Of a DNA stretch of 64,000 nucleotides, positions 9,724-18,670 are shown one piece after another. The stretch's first letter is position 1, and each line of letters begins with the position of its first letter. The translations under genes were made by a program, and so were the position numbers. The DNA comes from Bellilinea sp. (lineage in GTDB: Bacteria > Chloroflexota > Anaerolineae > Anaerolineales > Anaerolineaceae). The notes beneath the pieces were generated by a model that ran no database searches, was not told where the DNA came from, and saw only the letters and a program-made list of their open reading frames with translations. The stretch spans positions 147,091 to 211,090 of the forward strand of contig JBAZZG010000004.1 of the NCBI GenBank assembly GCA_041658905.1. Reading direction: 5' to 3'.

Positions 9724-10515
9724 ATGGTGAATATTTATCAAGCGATTCTTGAATTGGAAGCCGACCATAAGGCTGGGGCGTTGTGTACGATTATCGGAGC
9801 CCAGGGGTCCACGCCGCGTCACGAGGGCAGCAAGATGCTGGTCTATGAGGATGGCAGCTTTATCGGCACGGTTGGGGGCGGCGAGGTCGAAAACCGGGTC
9901 AGGAAAGAGGCGGCCGAATCATTGGTGGATGGCAAGACCCGGTTGTTGAAATATCGAATGGTCGATCCAAAATCAGGCGATGCAGGGGTGTGCGGTGGAA
10001 CAATGGAGGTGTTTGTGGAACCGATGATTCCAAGCCCATTGATCGTGGTGATCGGGGGCGGGCATGTTGGAAAGGCTGTTGCGACCCTGGCAAAAACACT
10101 AAAATTTCGCGTAGCCATATCAGATGACCGTCCTGAATTTTGTACACCCGAGGCCAACCCGGACGCCGATGAGTTTTATTGCGTCCCAATGGAGAAACTA
10201 CCTGAAGCGTTGGATATCACACCTCAAACTTACCTGGTTTTAACGACCCGCGGCAGCAACGTGGATATTCAGGGACTGGCCCCGTTGCTGAAAACCAAAG
10301 CAGCTTATATTGGCATTATTGGCTCAAAACGCCGCTGGTTGGTAACCCGAAAAGCCTTGTTGGAGCAGGGGATCACAGAAGAGCGGTTGAATCAAGTTTA
10401 TTCGCCCATTGGATTGGAACTGAAAGCCGAAACGCCCGAGGAAATTGCGGTCAGCATTATCGCCGAAATCATTATGGTCCGGAACGGCGGGACCGGCGGC
10501 AAGATGAAAATTTGA
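9724..10515 (+). CDS. xdhC: XdhC/CoxI-family molybdenum hydroxylase maturation factor
   Basis: N-terminal XdhC_CoxI block (ALCTIIGAQGSTPRHEGSKMLV…GTVGGGEVE) and C-terminal Rossmann motif (VVIGGGHVGKAV). GAAAGAGG RBS is present. Confidence 0.8.
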   Translation: MVNIYQAILELEADHKAGALCTIIGAQGSTPRHEGSKMLVYEDGSFIGTVGGGEVENRVRKEAAESLVDGKTRLLKYRMVDPKSGDAGVCGGTMEVFVEPMIPSPLIVVIGGGHVGKAVATLAKTLKFRVAISDDRPEFCTPEANPDADEFYCVPMEKLPEALDITPQTYLVLTTRGSNVDIQGLAPLLKTKAAYIGIIGSKRRWLVTRKALLEQGITEERLNQVYSPIGLELKAETPEEIAVSIIAEIIMVRNGGTGGKMKI

Positions 10516-10525
10516 TGGAGTAGCT

Positions 10526-11950
10526 ATGTGGCATGACACGCTTACCGCAGCCAACATCGAAGATGTTTTACAGGTCCTGCATCAGAAAGGCGAAAAGGCC
10601 CGCATCATTGCCGGCGCAACCGATTTGATTCTGGAAATGGAACGCGGCGTGCGCAAAGGGATCGAATTGCTGGCCGATATCTCGCGCATCCCAGGCCAGG
10701 ATCAAATCACGCTGGATGAAGACGGGATCATCCATTTAGGACCGCTGGTCACCCACAATCACTGCGCAGCTTCAAAACTAATTCAGGAATCGGCTTTCCC
10801 ACTGGCGCGCGCTTGCTGGGAAGTAGGCTCACCCCAGATTCGCAATCGCGGCACAGTCGCTGGTAACTTGATCACAGCTTCTCCTGCCAATGACACCATC
10901 ACCCCACTGGTGGCATTGGGCGCGTCGGTGACGTTACGCTCCAGCTCTGGTACACGGAGCGTTCCGCTCGATCAGTTTTATCTGGGCGTGCGTCGGACGG
11001 TGATGCAGCCGGATGAAATGCTGGTGGATATCACGTTCCCGGCTCTTCAAGCCAATCAGCACGGCACGTTCGTCAAATTTGCCTTAAGGCGGGCGCAAGC
11101 CATCTCTCTGGTGAATGTTGCGGTGATCGTGACGATGAAAGGTGATAATGTTCAGGCCGCTGCAATCACCCTCGGGGCGGTGGCTCCAACCATCATCCAC
11201 GCTAAAGATGCCGAAGAATATCTGATTGGCCAGAAATTGACTCCGGAGGTCATTGCCGCCGCCGCGGCCAAAACGATGGGCGCTTCCCGCCCGATCTCGG
11301 ATGTGCGCGGTTCAGCTCAATACCGCCGCCGTATGGTCGAGGTGATTACCCGTCGGGCATTAACAGCGCTGGCAACCGGGCGGGAGAAAATGGAATTCCC
11401 GGTCAAACCGGTGCTGCTGCGTGGAAGCAGTAACGGTAAAATTACCTTCTTCGGGCCATCCGTGCTGCACACCCGGCAGGATGCTATCGTAACCACGATC
11501 AACGGAAAGGGTTATCGCTTCGAGAGCGGTCAAAATAAGACCTTGCTGCGCTTGCTGCGCGAAGAAGCCCAGTTGATCGGCACCAAGGAAGGCTGCGCTG
11601 AGGGTGAGTGCGGCGCCTGCACGGTCTTTTTAGACGGCGTGGCGGTAATGAGTTGCATGGTACCCGCAGCGCGGGCGCACGGCGCGGTGATCGTCACGGT
11701 GGAAGGATTGGCTGCGAACGGCTCCATGCACCCGGTGCAGCAGGCGTTTATCGAGCAAGGCGCCGTTCAATGCGGTTACTGCACTCCAGGATTTATCATG
11801 TCTGCCGCGAAATTGCTGGAAGAACGGCCCAATCCAAGCAAGAATGAAATCCAGCAAGCGCTTACAGGCAATTTGTGCAGGTGTACAGGGTACTATACGA
11901 TCATTCAGGCAGTCGAGCGCGCAGCACAATTGGGAACAGGGAGTAAATAA
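10526..11950 (+). CDS. Molybdenum hydroxylase fused FAD-binding + [2Fe-2S] subunit
   Basis: N-terminal FAD_binding_5/CO_deh_flav_C part (IIAGATDLILEM…SDVRGSAQYRR). C-terminal ferredoxin part (CAEGECGACTVFLDG, QCGYCTPGF, CRCTGY). Confidence 0.85.
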   Translation: MWHDTLTAANIEDVLQVLHQKGEKARIIAGATDLILEMERGVRKGIELLADISRIPGQDQITLDEDGIIHLGPLVTHNHCAASKLIQESAFPLARACWEVGSPQIRNRGTVAGNLITASPANDTITPLVALGASVTLRSSSGTRSVPLDQFYLGVRRTVMQPDEMLVDITFPALQANQHGTFVKFALRRAQAISLVNVAVIVTMKGDNVQAAAITLGAVAPTIIHAKDAEEYLIGQKLTPEVIAAAAAKTMGASRPISDVRGSAQYRRRMVEVITRRALTALATGREKMEFPVKPVLLRGSSNGKITFFGPSVLHTRQDAIVTTINGKGYRFESGQNKTLLRLLREEAQLIGTKEGCAEGECGACTVFLDGVAVMSCMVPAARAHGAVIVTVEGLAANGSMHPVQQAFIEQGAVQCGYCTPGFIMSAAKLLEERPNPSKNEIQQALTGNLCRCTGYYTIIQAVERAAQLGTGSK

Positions 11951-12315
11951 TGACCAAATATTCGAATTACAACCGTGGTCGTTCAAGAGAGGAAAAAGAA
12001 GCGATTCACCCCATCTGGCGCGGGGTCGGATTTATCTTCCTGATCCTGGCGCCGGTCATGGGCTATTATGGGTCATTAGTCCTGATCGAGGAGAATAAAG
12101 AAAAAGGCTGGTTCAACATCCCACCCGACCTGTTGGCTCCCGGCGCGGACCCTGATTTGTACTTAAAAATCGGGTTGACCATACTGTTGGGATTCCTCGT
12201 CTTTTTCGTTTTTCAATTTGTTGGAATCCTGATTTACCGCATGGTAGGCCCGGAACGGTATGGACCAATGGATATACCGCCGATTAGCGGCGGTAAAATC
12301 AAAAAGTCCCGTTAA
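11950..12315 (+). CDS. Small two-TM membrane protein, function unknown
   Basis: A TAATG overlap joins it to the upstream stop. Two clear hydrophobic helices (GVGFIFLILAPVMGYYGSLVLI; IGLTILLGFLVFFVFQFVGILIY). It fills the only gap between the FAD/FeS and Moco subunit genes. Confidence 0.55.
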   Translation: MTKYSNYNRGRSREEKEAIHPIWRGVGFIFLILAPVMGYYGSLVLIEENKEKGWFNIPPDLLAPGADPDLYLKIGLTILLGFLVFFVFQFVGILIYRMVGPERYGPMDIPPISGGKIKKSR

Positions 12316-12352
12316 TTTTGAAATTTGTAGCAAAACCAGGAGGTGGATGCCC

Positions 12353-14584
12353 ATGACGACCATCGGGCAATCTGTACCGCGCATCGATGCTGTAGGAAAA
12401 GTTAAAGGTGAAACATTGTATCCGGGTGATATTAACCTGGACAATCAGGCCTACCTTAAGATTTTGTTTTCGGGGCGGCCGCATGCCATCATTCGCAGCA
12501 TGAACACTGACAAAGCCAGATCGCTGCCCGGAGTATTAGCGGTTTTCACCGCTGAAGACGTCCCGGTGAATGAATATGGGTTAATCGTCAAGGACCAACC
12601 GGTTTTGTGCGGCCTCAATTCTACCAAGCCCTATGCGGAGAGGGTGCGTTTTGCCGCCGATAACGTCGCCCTGGTAGTCGCCGAGAGCGAAGAAATTGCT
12701 GCCGAAGCCTGCAACCTGATCGAGGTCGAGTATGAAGATTTACCGATCCTTACCGATCCGCGCATTGCTTTTCAGGAAGGGCAGCCGTTCATTCATCCGA
12801 ATCACGGCTCGAATGTTTTTGTCCATTACCGCATCCGCAAAGGGGATGCGAAAACTGCTTTAGCCAAGGCTGATGTGGTTATCGAAGGGTATTATGAAAC
12901 GCCAGCCCAGGAGCACGCCTACCTTCAACCTGAAGCCGGCATCAGCTTTGTAGACGAAAGTGGGGTCGTGACCGTTGTGGTCGGCGGGCAATGGACGCAT
13001 GAAGACCGCGAGCAGGTAGCCCATGCACTCGGCTTGCCCGAAGAAGAAGTACGCATCATCTACCCGGCCATCGGCGGCGCCTTTGGCGGTCGCGAGGATA
13101 TGTCTGTGCAGATCGTCCTGGCGCTGGCTGCCTGGAAGCTGCACCAACGCGGTATCAATCGGCCGGTAAAAACGATCTGGTCGCGGGAAGAGTCGATTAT
13201 CGGGCATCACAAACGCCACCCCTACTACCTTCACGCCACCTGGGGCGCGACCAGGGACGGCAAGGTGGTCGCTGCCGAGGTTGAGGTGATTTCTGATAGC
13301 GGCGCTTATGCTTATACCTCCTCCAAGGTACTCGGGAATGCCACCCTGATGTGCACCGGGCCGTACGAAATCCCGAACGTCAAAGTGGATGCCTATACGG
13401 TTTACACCAACAATATCCCAAACGGCGCATTTCGCGGCTTTGGCGGTCCGCAGGGAGCTTTCGCGGCCGAATCGCAGATGAATAAGCTGGCTCAGGCACT
13501 GGGGATGGATCCGGTCGAAATTCGGATGCGTAACCTGCTGGACGAGGGCAGTCTGTTGTCCGTTGGAACACCGCTGCCCAAAGGCGTCAGCATCAAGAAA
13601 GTAACAGCCGTCTGCGCGGAAGCAGCAGGTTGGGTGAAGGGTAAAGAAGGCTGGACTCGTCCCCAGGGTTACCTGGAAGATGTGCCCGGCAGCCCGCATT
13701 TGAAGCGTGGGATCGGATTTGCGTGTTCGTTTAAAAATGTAGGTTTCTCGTTCGGCGCACCCGAAAATTGCTGGGCAATCGTTGAATTGGAAGGGAATGG
13801 CGAAATCGAGGCTGCCAGGCTCTACCACGCAGGGGCTGAAGTTGGGCAGGGGTCGCATACCGTGTTTGCCCAGATGACCGCTGAGGCAGTCGGGCTGCCG
13901 CTGGAAAAAGTTCAGGTTATTGCTGCTGACACCGCGACGTCGCTTAATTCGGGCAGCGTCTCTGCATCGCGTATGACTTTTATGGCTGGCAATGCCATTC
14001 GGGGCGCAGCTGAACGCGCGCTGGAGAAATGGAATAACGAAGAGCGTCCAGCGCGCGCTGAATTCCAATATCGCCCGCCGCGAACCACACCTTTGGATCC
14101 GGAGACGGGAAAATCAGAGCCTAATTTTTCATACGGTTATGTCGCCGAAGCCATCGAGATGGAGGTGGACATCGAAACCGGACAGGTGCGTCTGGTGAAA
14201 GTCACCTGTGCAGACGATGTCGGGAAAGCAGTAAACCCGCTGTTGGTGCGTGGCCAGATCGAAGGAGCTGTCGTCCAGGCTGCTGGTTATGCTGTGTTGG
14301 AGAACTTTATCCAGCAGGACGGCCAGGTACAGACCAAGACACTCTCGACCTACCTGATCCCGACCATACTTGACATCCCTGACCAGGTTGAATCATTGAT
14401 TCTGGAATACCCGGATCCCATTGGTCCCTGGGGCGCGCGGGGCATGGGTGAGATGCCCTACCTGCCATTGGTACCAGCCGTGTCTGCCGGAATTCAACAC
14501 GCTACCGGGAAATGGTTTGACCAGTTCCCTTATACGCCGGAACGAATTCTGATGGGACTGGAAGAAACGGGCGATTCGAAATGA
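12353..14584 (+). CDS. Xanthine dehydrogenase-family molybdopterin-binding large subunit
   Basis: I chose the start at ATG 12353, with AGGAGGTGG at 12338-12346. ATG 12347 abuts the RBS, and the ORF-track start at 12260 overlaps the small membrane-protein gene. Motifs are IGQSVPRIDAVGKVKGE, AIGGAFGGRED and a C-terminal ARGMGEMP. Confidence 0.85.
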   Translation: MTTIGQSVPRIDAVGKVKGETLYPGDINLDNQAYLKILFSGRPHAIIRSMNTDKARSLPGVLAVFTAEDVPVNEYGLIVKDQPVLCGLNSTKPYAERVRFAADNVALVVAESEEIAAEACNLIEVEYEDLPILTDPRIAFQEGQPFIHPNHGSNVFVHYRIRKGDAKTALAKADVVIEGYYETPAQEHAYLQPEAGISFVDESGVVTVVVGGQWTHEDREQVAHALGLPEEEVRIIYPAIGGAFGGREDMSVQIVLALAAWKLHQRGINRPVKTIWSREESIIGHHKRHPYYLHATWGATRDGKVVAAEVEVISDSGAYAYTSSKVLGNATLMCTGPYEIPNVKVDAYTVYTNNIPNGAFRGFGGPQGAFAAESQMNKLAQALGMDPVEIRMRNLLDEGSLLSVGTPLPKGVSIKKVTAVCAEAAGWVKGKEGWTRPQGYLEDVPGSPHLKRGIGFACSFKNVGFSFGAPENCWAIVELEGNGEIEAARLYHAGAEVGQGSHTVFAQMTAEAVGLPLEKVQVIAADTATSLNSGSVSASRMTFMAGNAIRGAAERALEKWNNEERPARAEFQYRPPRTTPLDPETGKSEPNFSYGYVAEAIEMEVDIETGQVRLVKVTCADDVGKAVNPLLVRGQIEGAVVQAAGYAVLENFIQQDGQVQTKTLSTYLIPTILDIPDQVESLILEYPDPIGPWGARGMGEMPYLPLVPAVSAGIQHATGKWFDQFPYTPERILMGLEETGDSK

Positions 14585-14606
14585 ACTCAGGACTGGTGCA
14601 GGTATT

Positions 14607-15416
14607 ATGAGTCTGGTGGTGTGTATTCGTGGTGGTGGTGACCTGGGCAGTGGTGCGGCATTGCGTTTGCACCGCGCCGGGATGCGGGTTGTCGTTTGTG
14701 AACTGGCAAAGCCCCTGGTCGTCCGCCGGACAGTCGCCTTTGCCGAGGCAATCTATTCAGCGGAAATCACAATTGAAGGGGTACGCGCCAAATGCGTGTC
14801 TGGTCACGAAGAAGTTATAAAGGCCTGGGCTGAAGGTATCTTGCCAGTTATTGAAGACCCGAATCTGGCGCTTTTAACCTGGCTTAAACCGGATGTACTT
14901 GTCGACGCCCGACTTTTGAAAAAACCGGTGGAATTTCCATTGCAGCCATCTCCGTTGGTTATCGGACTTGGTCCGGGTTTTACCGTTGGGGTGAACTGCC
15001 ATGCGGTGGTCGAAACCAAACGCGGTCACAATTTGGGACGGGTGCACTGGCATGGCGCCGGTGAGCCCGATTCTGGAATTCCGGAGATGGTGCTCGGGTA
15101 TGTAGAGGAGCGCGTGTTGCGCGCACCGGTCGATGGCCATTTGAAAGGCCTGGTTACGATCGGCCAACGGGTGGTAAAAGGTCAACCGCTGGCTGAAGTT
15201 GACGGCCAATTGCTGACAGCCGGTTTCGATGGCGTGGTGCGCGGGCTGCTAGCTAACGATGTAGCCGTCAAACGCGGCATGAAAGTTGGCGATCTTGATC
15301 CACGCCTGGACGAAAACCTTGTTACCCTGGTCTCTGACAAATCTCTGGCAGTGGGAGGCGGGGTGCTGGAAGCTGTGCTCTCCCGTCCGGAACTGCGCGC
15401 CAGGTACAGCGGGTAA
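14607..15416 (+). CDS. yqeB: YqeB-family selenium-dependent molybdenum hydroxylase system protein
   Basis: N-terminus VVCIRGGGDLGSGAALRLHRAGMRVVVCELAKPLVVRRTVAFAEAIY matches my recollection of the short YqeB/EF2563 family (TIGR03309). It is adjacent to YqeC. Confidence 0.7.
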   Translation: MSLVVCIRGGGDLGSGAALRLHRAGMRVVVCELAKPLVVRRTVAFAEAIYSAEITIEGVRAKCVSGHEEVIKAWAEGILPVIEDPNLALLTWLKPDVLVDARLLKKPVEFPLQPSPLVIGLGPGFTVGVNCHAVVETKRGHNLGRVHWHGAGEPDSGIPEMVLGYVEERVLRAPVDGHLKGLVTIGQRVVKGQPLAEVDGQLLTAGFDGVVRGLLANDVAVKRGMKVGDLDPRLDENLVTLVSDKSLAVGGGVLEAVLSRPELRARYSG

Positions 15417-15425
15417 AGGTTGACC

Positions 15426-16766
15426 ATGCGGCTGCTTGAAGCACTCAGAGCCGGCAGTCAATCCAGAATCGCTTTCGTGGGGGCGGGGGGCAAAACGACA
15501 GCCATGTTTTCCCTGGCGCGCCAACTGGCTGCGCCGATGATTTGCCTGAATACTGCTCATCTGTCATTGGAACAGGCAAAACTCGCCGACAAACACCTGA
15601 TTGTTCAGGATCTGAGCGATGTCGAGCGTTTATTTCAGTCCCCGCTGGTTGGGGTAACCCTCATAACCGGGCCTGGCGACGGTCGCGGGCGGCTGATGGG
15701 ATTGCATACGGCTGCCGCTGAAAAAATCAAAGATCATGCAGATGAATATCATCTGCCCATCCTGGTCGAGGCGGATGGCTCGCGGATGCTGCCCCTCAAA
15801 GCGCCGGCGGCCCATGAGCCGCCCATACCTGCCTGGGTCGAACAAGTTGTGGTTGTCGCGGGCCTTTCTGCGTTGGGTAAGCCGCTCACCGGGCAGTGGG
15901 TGTATCAACCGGAGGTTTTTGCGCAGTTAAGCGGTGCACAGCCAGGGCAGCCAATCCTGACTCGGCACTTGGTGGCCACCTTGCTTCACCCCCAGGGCGG
16001 CTTGAAAAACATCCCGGCAGGAGCGCATCGGGCTGTGCTTGCCAACCAACTGGATGCATGTAACTTACCTGAGGATGATTTGTATCGCGAGTTGGCGGAC
16101 TTGACCCGCGAATTTGGGTTGGTTATGGCTGGGTCCGTCCAGAAGACCGCCGCGGAGCAGGTTAAATGGCGCTGTGAGCCTGTGGGAGGCGTTGTATTAG
16201 CTGCAGGTGAGTCAATACGCATGGGAACCGTCAAACAACTGCTACCGTGGCGTGGGAAGCCGTTGGTACGCCATGTGGCAGAGAAAGCGCTGGCTGCCGG
16301 GTTGGACCCGGTGGTGGTTGTCACCGGTGCTGCCGCGGAGGGTATTGAGAAGGCTGTGGATGGGCTGCCCGTGGAGCTGGTGTACAACCGCGATTGGGAA
16401 AGCGGGCAGGCCAGTTCGATCCGTGTCGGCATTCAAGTTTTGAAAGCCCGGTGCGGCGCCGCGGTTTTTTTGCTCAGCGACATGCCGCAGTTCCCGGTGA
16501 GCCTGATCGAGGCCGAATTGGAAATTCACCGGCGCGAATCGGTTGAGATTGTTGTTCCGCGGGTAAATGGTCAACGAACAAACCCGGTATTGTTTGACCG
16601 CTCCACCTTTGCCGAACTGGTTGGGTTGGTGGGGGACACGGGCGGGCGAGCCTTGTTTGACCGCCACCCGCTGCGCTGGCTGGATTTGGAAGATGCCCAG
16701 GATTTGCTGGACGTCGATACCCCGGCTGACTATCAGCGTTTGGTGGACGAGGGTGAGGATGGTTAA
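15426..16766 (+). CDS. yqeC: Fusion protein: YqeC-type selenium cofactor biosynthesis protein + MocA-like molybdenum cofactor cytidylyltransferase
   Basis: The N-terminal half has the YqeC-like P-loop IAFVGAGGKTTAMFSLA and …LVEADGSR… From about nt 16180 there is a MobA/MocA-like nucleotidyltransferase (VGGVVLAAGESIRMG…LPWRGKPLV…LSDMPQ). I prefer ATG 15426, with AAAGG 6 nt upstream. A TTG at 15420 is also possible. Confidence 0.7.
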   Translation: MRLLEALRAGSQSRIAFVGAGGKTTAMFSLARQLAAPMICLNTAHLSLEQAKLADKHLIVQDLSDVERLFQSPLVGVTLITGPGDGRGRLMGLHTAAAEKIKDHADEYHLPILVEADGSRMLPLKAPAAHEPPIPAWVEQVVVVAGLSALGKPLTGQWVYQPEVFAQLSGAQPGQPILTRHLVATLLHPQGGLKNIPAGAHRAVLANQLDACNLPEDDLYRELADLTREFGLVMAGSVQKTAAEQVKWRCEPVGGVVLAAGESIRMGTVKQLLPWRGKPLVRHVAEKALAAGLDPVVVVTGAAAEGIEKAVDGLPVELVYNRDWESGQASSIRVGIQVLKARCGAAVFLLSDMPQFPVSLIEAELEIHRRESVEIVVPRVNGQRTNPVLFDRSTFAELVGLVGDTGGRALFDRHPLRWLDLEDAQDLLDVDTPADYQRLVDEGEDG

Positions 16767-17358
16767 GGTTGCAGCGATTGTCCTCGCCGCCGGTGCATCC
16801 AGGCGCATGAAACAGGCAAAAATGACCCTGTCGTATAAGGGTAGCACGGTGTTGGGGACAGTGTTGACCGTCTTGCATAGTGCCGGGATCGATTCACTCA
16901 TTGTTGTGATCGGCGGCGCAAAAGATGGCGTTGAAATGACGCTGTCCGAACTGCCTTTTGAGGTTATCCGCGCTTATAACCCGGAGTACGAGCACACCGA
17001 AATGCTGGATTCACTGCAAATTGGAATGCAGCACCTTCCGGATGAAACGGATGCCTTTTTGATTGCATTGGGCGACCAGCCGCAGATTCAGGGGGAGGTT
17101 GTCCAGGCCATTTTGCAGGAATACACCAAGACCGGGAACAGCTTGATTATTCCAAGCTACCGGATGCGCCGCGGGCACCCCTGGATGGTAGGAAAAGTCC
17201 ATTGGGCAGACCTGAGAGATTTACATTCCGGTCAAACCATGCGCAATTTTATCCAGCAGTACCAAAAACAGATCCATTACCTGGTGGTTGATACCCAGAG
17301 TATTTTGGAAGATATGGACACCCCGGAAGATTACCAGCGCGCCATCGGTGAAGCCTAA
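16759..17358 (+). CDS. mocA: MocA-like nucleotidyltransferase (molybdenum cofactor cytidylyltransferase family), second copy
   Basis: The start ATG at 16759 overlaps the upstream stop by 8 nt (16759-16766, ATGGTTAA). N-terminus VAAIVLAAGASRRM and the motif ALGDQPQ. The ORF-track start at 16567 lies inside the upstream gene. Confidence 0.75.
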   Translation: MVKVAAIVLAAGASRRMKQAKMTLSYKGSTVLGTVLTVLHSAGIDSLIVVIGGAKDGVEMTLSELPFEVIRAYNPEYEHTEMLDSLQIGMQHLPDETDAFLIALGDQPQIQGEVVQAILQEYTKTGNSLIIPSYRMRRGHPWMVGKVHWADLRDLHSGQTMRNFIQQYQKQIHYLVVDTQSILEDMDTPEDYQRAIGEA

Positions 17359-17422
17359 TATTGTTAGCGCAATCGATTATCTATCATAAAAACTGCGCAT
17401 AGCCAATATTATAACTGTTATT

Positions 17423-18589
17423 TTATGGTTTACTGCTGTAAACCTCAAGTACAGCCCGGTAATAGTCTGAATCTGCCGGTGCGTCGAGGGTGAGGGGGAA
17501 GTCCGGGACGATCCCAGCGCCGGATACGAATGCCGGATTGGCAGGTAAGCTCCAGCGCGCAGATGTGACATGGATGGAAGAGCCATCGGTCAGGTCAAAT
17601 ACCAGTTGAATCGTGTCTTTCCCGTATGTTTGCTTACCAATAATGCTTGCCCGGCCCAACGCTTGCAGCGCTCCGGCGACGATTTCAGCCGAACTGGCTG
17701 TATTTTGATTGACCAGAATCAACAGAGGGAGGTCGGCATATTTCCCGTTGGTCAGGGTACGCGTGACTTGATCAGCGCGGTCGGGTTGATGTTGAGCAAT
17801 GATCGTCGAGCCGACTTTGGCGAACAATTTCACTACATCCACCCCGGCTTCGACCAGGCCGCCGCCATTATCGCGCAGGTCAAGTATAACGGCAGTGGCG
17901 CCTTGCGCCTTGACATCCTGGACGGCTGCGGAAATTTCGTCCGCGGTGGTCGCGGAGAACCCGGTAATTTTCACAACCCCCAGCGCTGGTTGCTCGGGAA
18001 GAATGAACCAGGTGACAGAGGGGATGCCAAACTCGCGCCGCTCGATGCTGAAGCTCACGGGTACAGTTTCGCCTTGCGGGGTAACGCGGATGGTAACCTT
18101 GCTGCCTACATCGCCGCGCAGCGCTGAGATGACGGTGTCATCCGGTGTGTCCGCACCAACCGTCAAGTCGTCCACGCTGAGCAGGCTGCTGCCAGACTGT
18201 ACGCCGGCTTCTGCTGCTGGCGAATTGGGATACGGGTAAACCCGCAGGGTTCCCAGAGTGTCTCGCTGCAGCGCTGCCCCTATCCCGCCGAATTTGCCCT
18301 CGAGCTGGTTGGATTCGAGTTCATGTTGGGACGGCTCGACAAAGACCGTGTAGGGGTCGTCATAGGCCTTGAGCAACCCGCGGATCATCTCGTACTCTGT
18401 AAATGGTGCGGCAGGTAAAGGTTTAAGTCCGTTCTTTTCCAGAATGTTGTAAGCCTGGTTGAATATTTCGAAATTAAATTGCGCGTAGCCACCGTTGGAA
18501 TAAAATCCAACCAAAAAAGCAACTAGAACCACTAAAACGGTAAACAAAACTGCTGCAACAGCCAGCCAGATGTCGATATGTCTTTTCAT
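17423..18589 (-). CDS. S41-family C-terminal processing peptidase with N-terminal membrane anchor and PDZ domain
   Basis: TM helix IWLAVAAVLFTVLVVLVAFLVGF. S41 catalytic region …LDLRDNGGG… and LILVNQNTASSAEIVAGALQ. Confidence 0.85.
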   Translation of the reverse strand: MKRHIDIWLAVAAVLFTVLVVLVAFLVGFYSNGGYAQFNFEIFNQAYNILEKNGLKPLPAAPFTEYEMIRGLLKAYDDPYTVFVEPSQHELESNQLEGKFGGIGAALQRDTLGTLRVYPYPNSPAAEAGVQSGSSLLSVDDLTVGADTPDDTVISALRGDVGSKVTIRVTPQGETVPVSFSIERREFGIPSVTWFILPEQPALGVVKITGFSATTADEISAAVQDVKAQGATAVILDLRDNGGGLVEAGVDVVKLFAKVGSTIIAQHQPDRADQVTRTLTNGKYADLPLLILVNQNTASSAEIVAGALQALGRASIIGKQTYGKDTIQLVFDLTDGSSIHVTSARWSLPANPAFVSGAGIVPDFPLTLDAPADSDYYRAVLEVYSSKP

Positions 18590-18670
18590 GCATTACCCCA
18601 GCGCTCATGGATGATGCCGGTCATAGGGGAGGAGCGAAGTATAATTTGTCGCAACATTGACGAGGAAAGC

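Noticed and set aside
12860-14068. 402-aa antisense ORF inside the Moco large-subunit gene. Similar antisense ORFs occur at 7464-8219, 8388-9215, 16242-16901, 45553-46236, 53695-54597 and 62567-63328
   Set aside because: All lie fully within genes whose sense-strand products have clear family motifs. Their translations are Arg/Gly/Pro-rich and low in complexity, which is typical of shadow ORFs.
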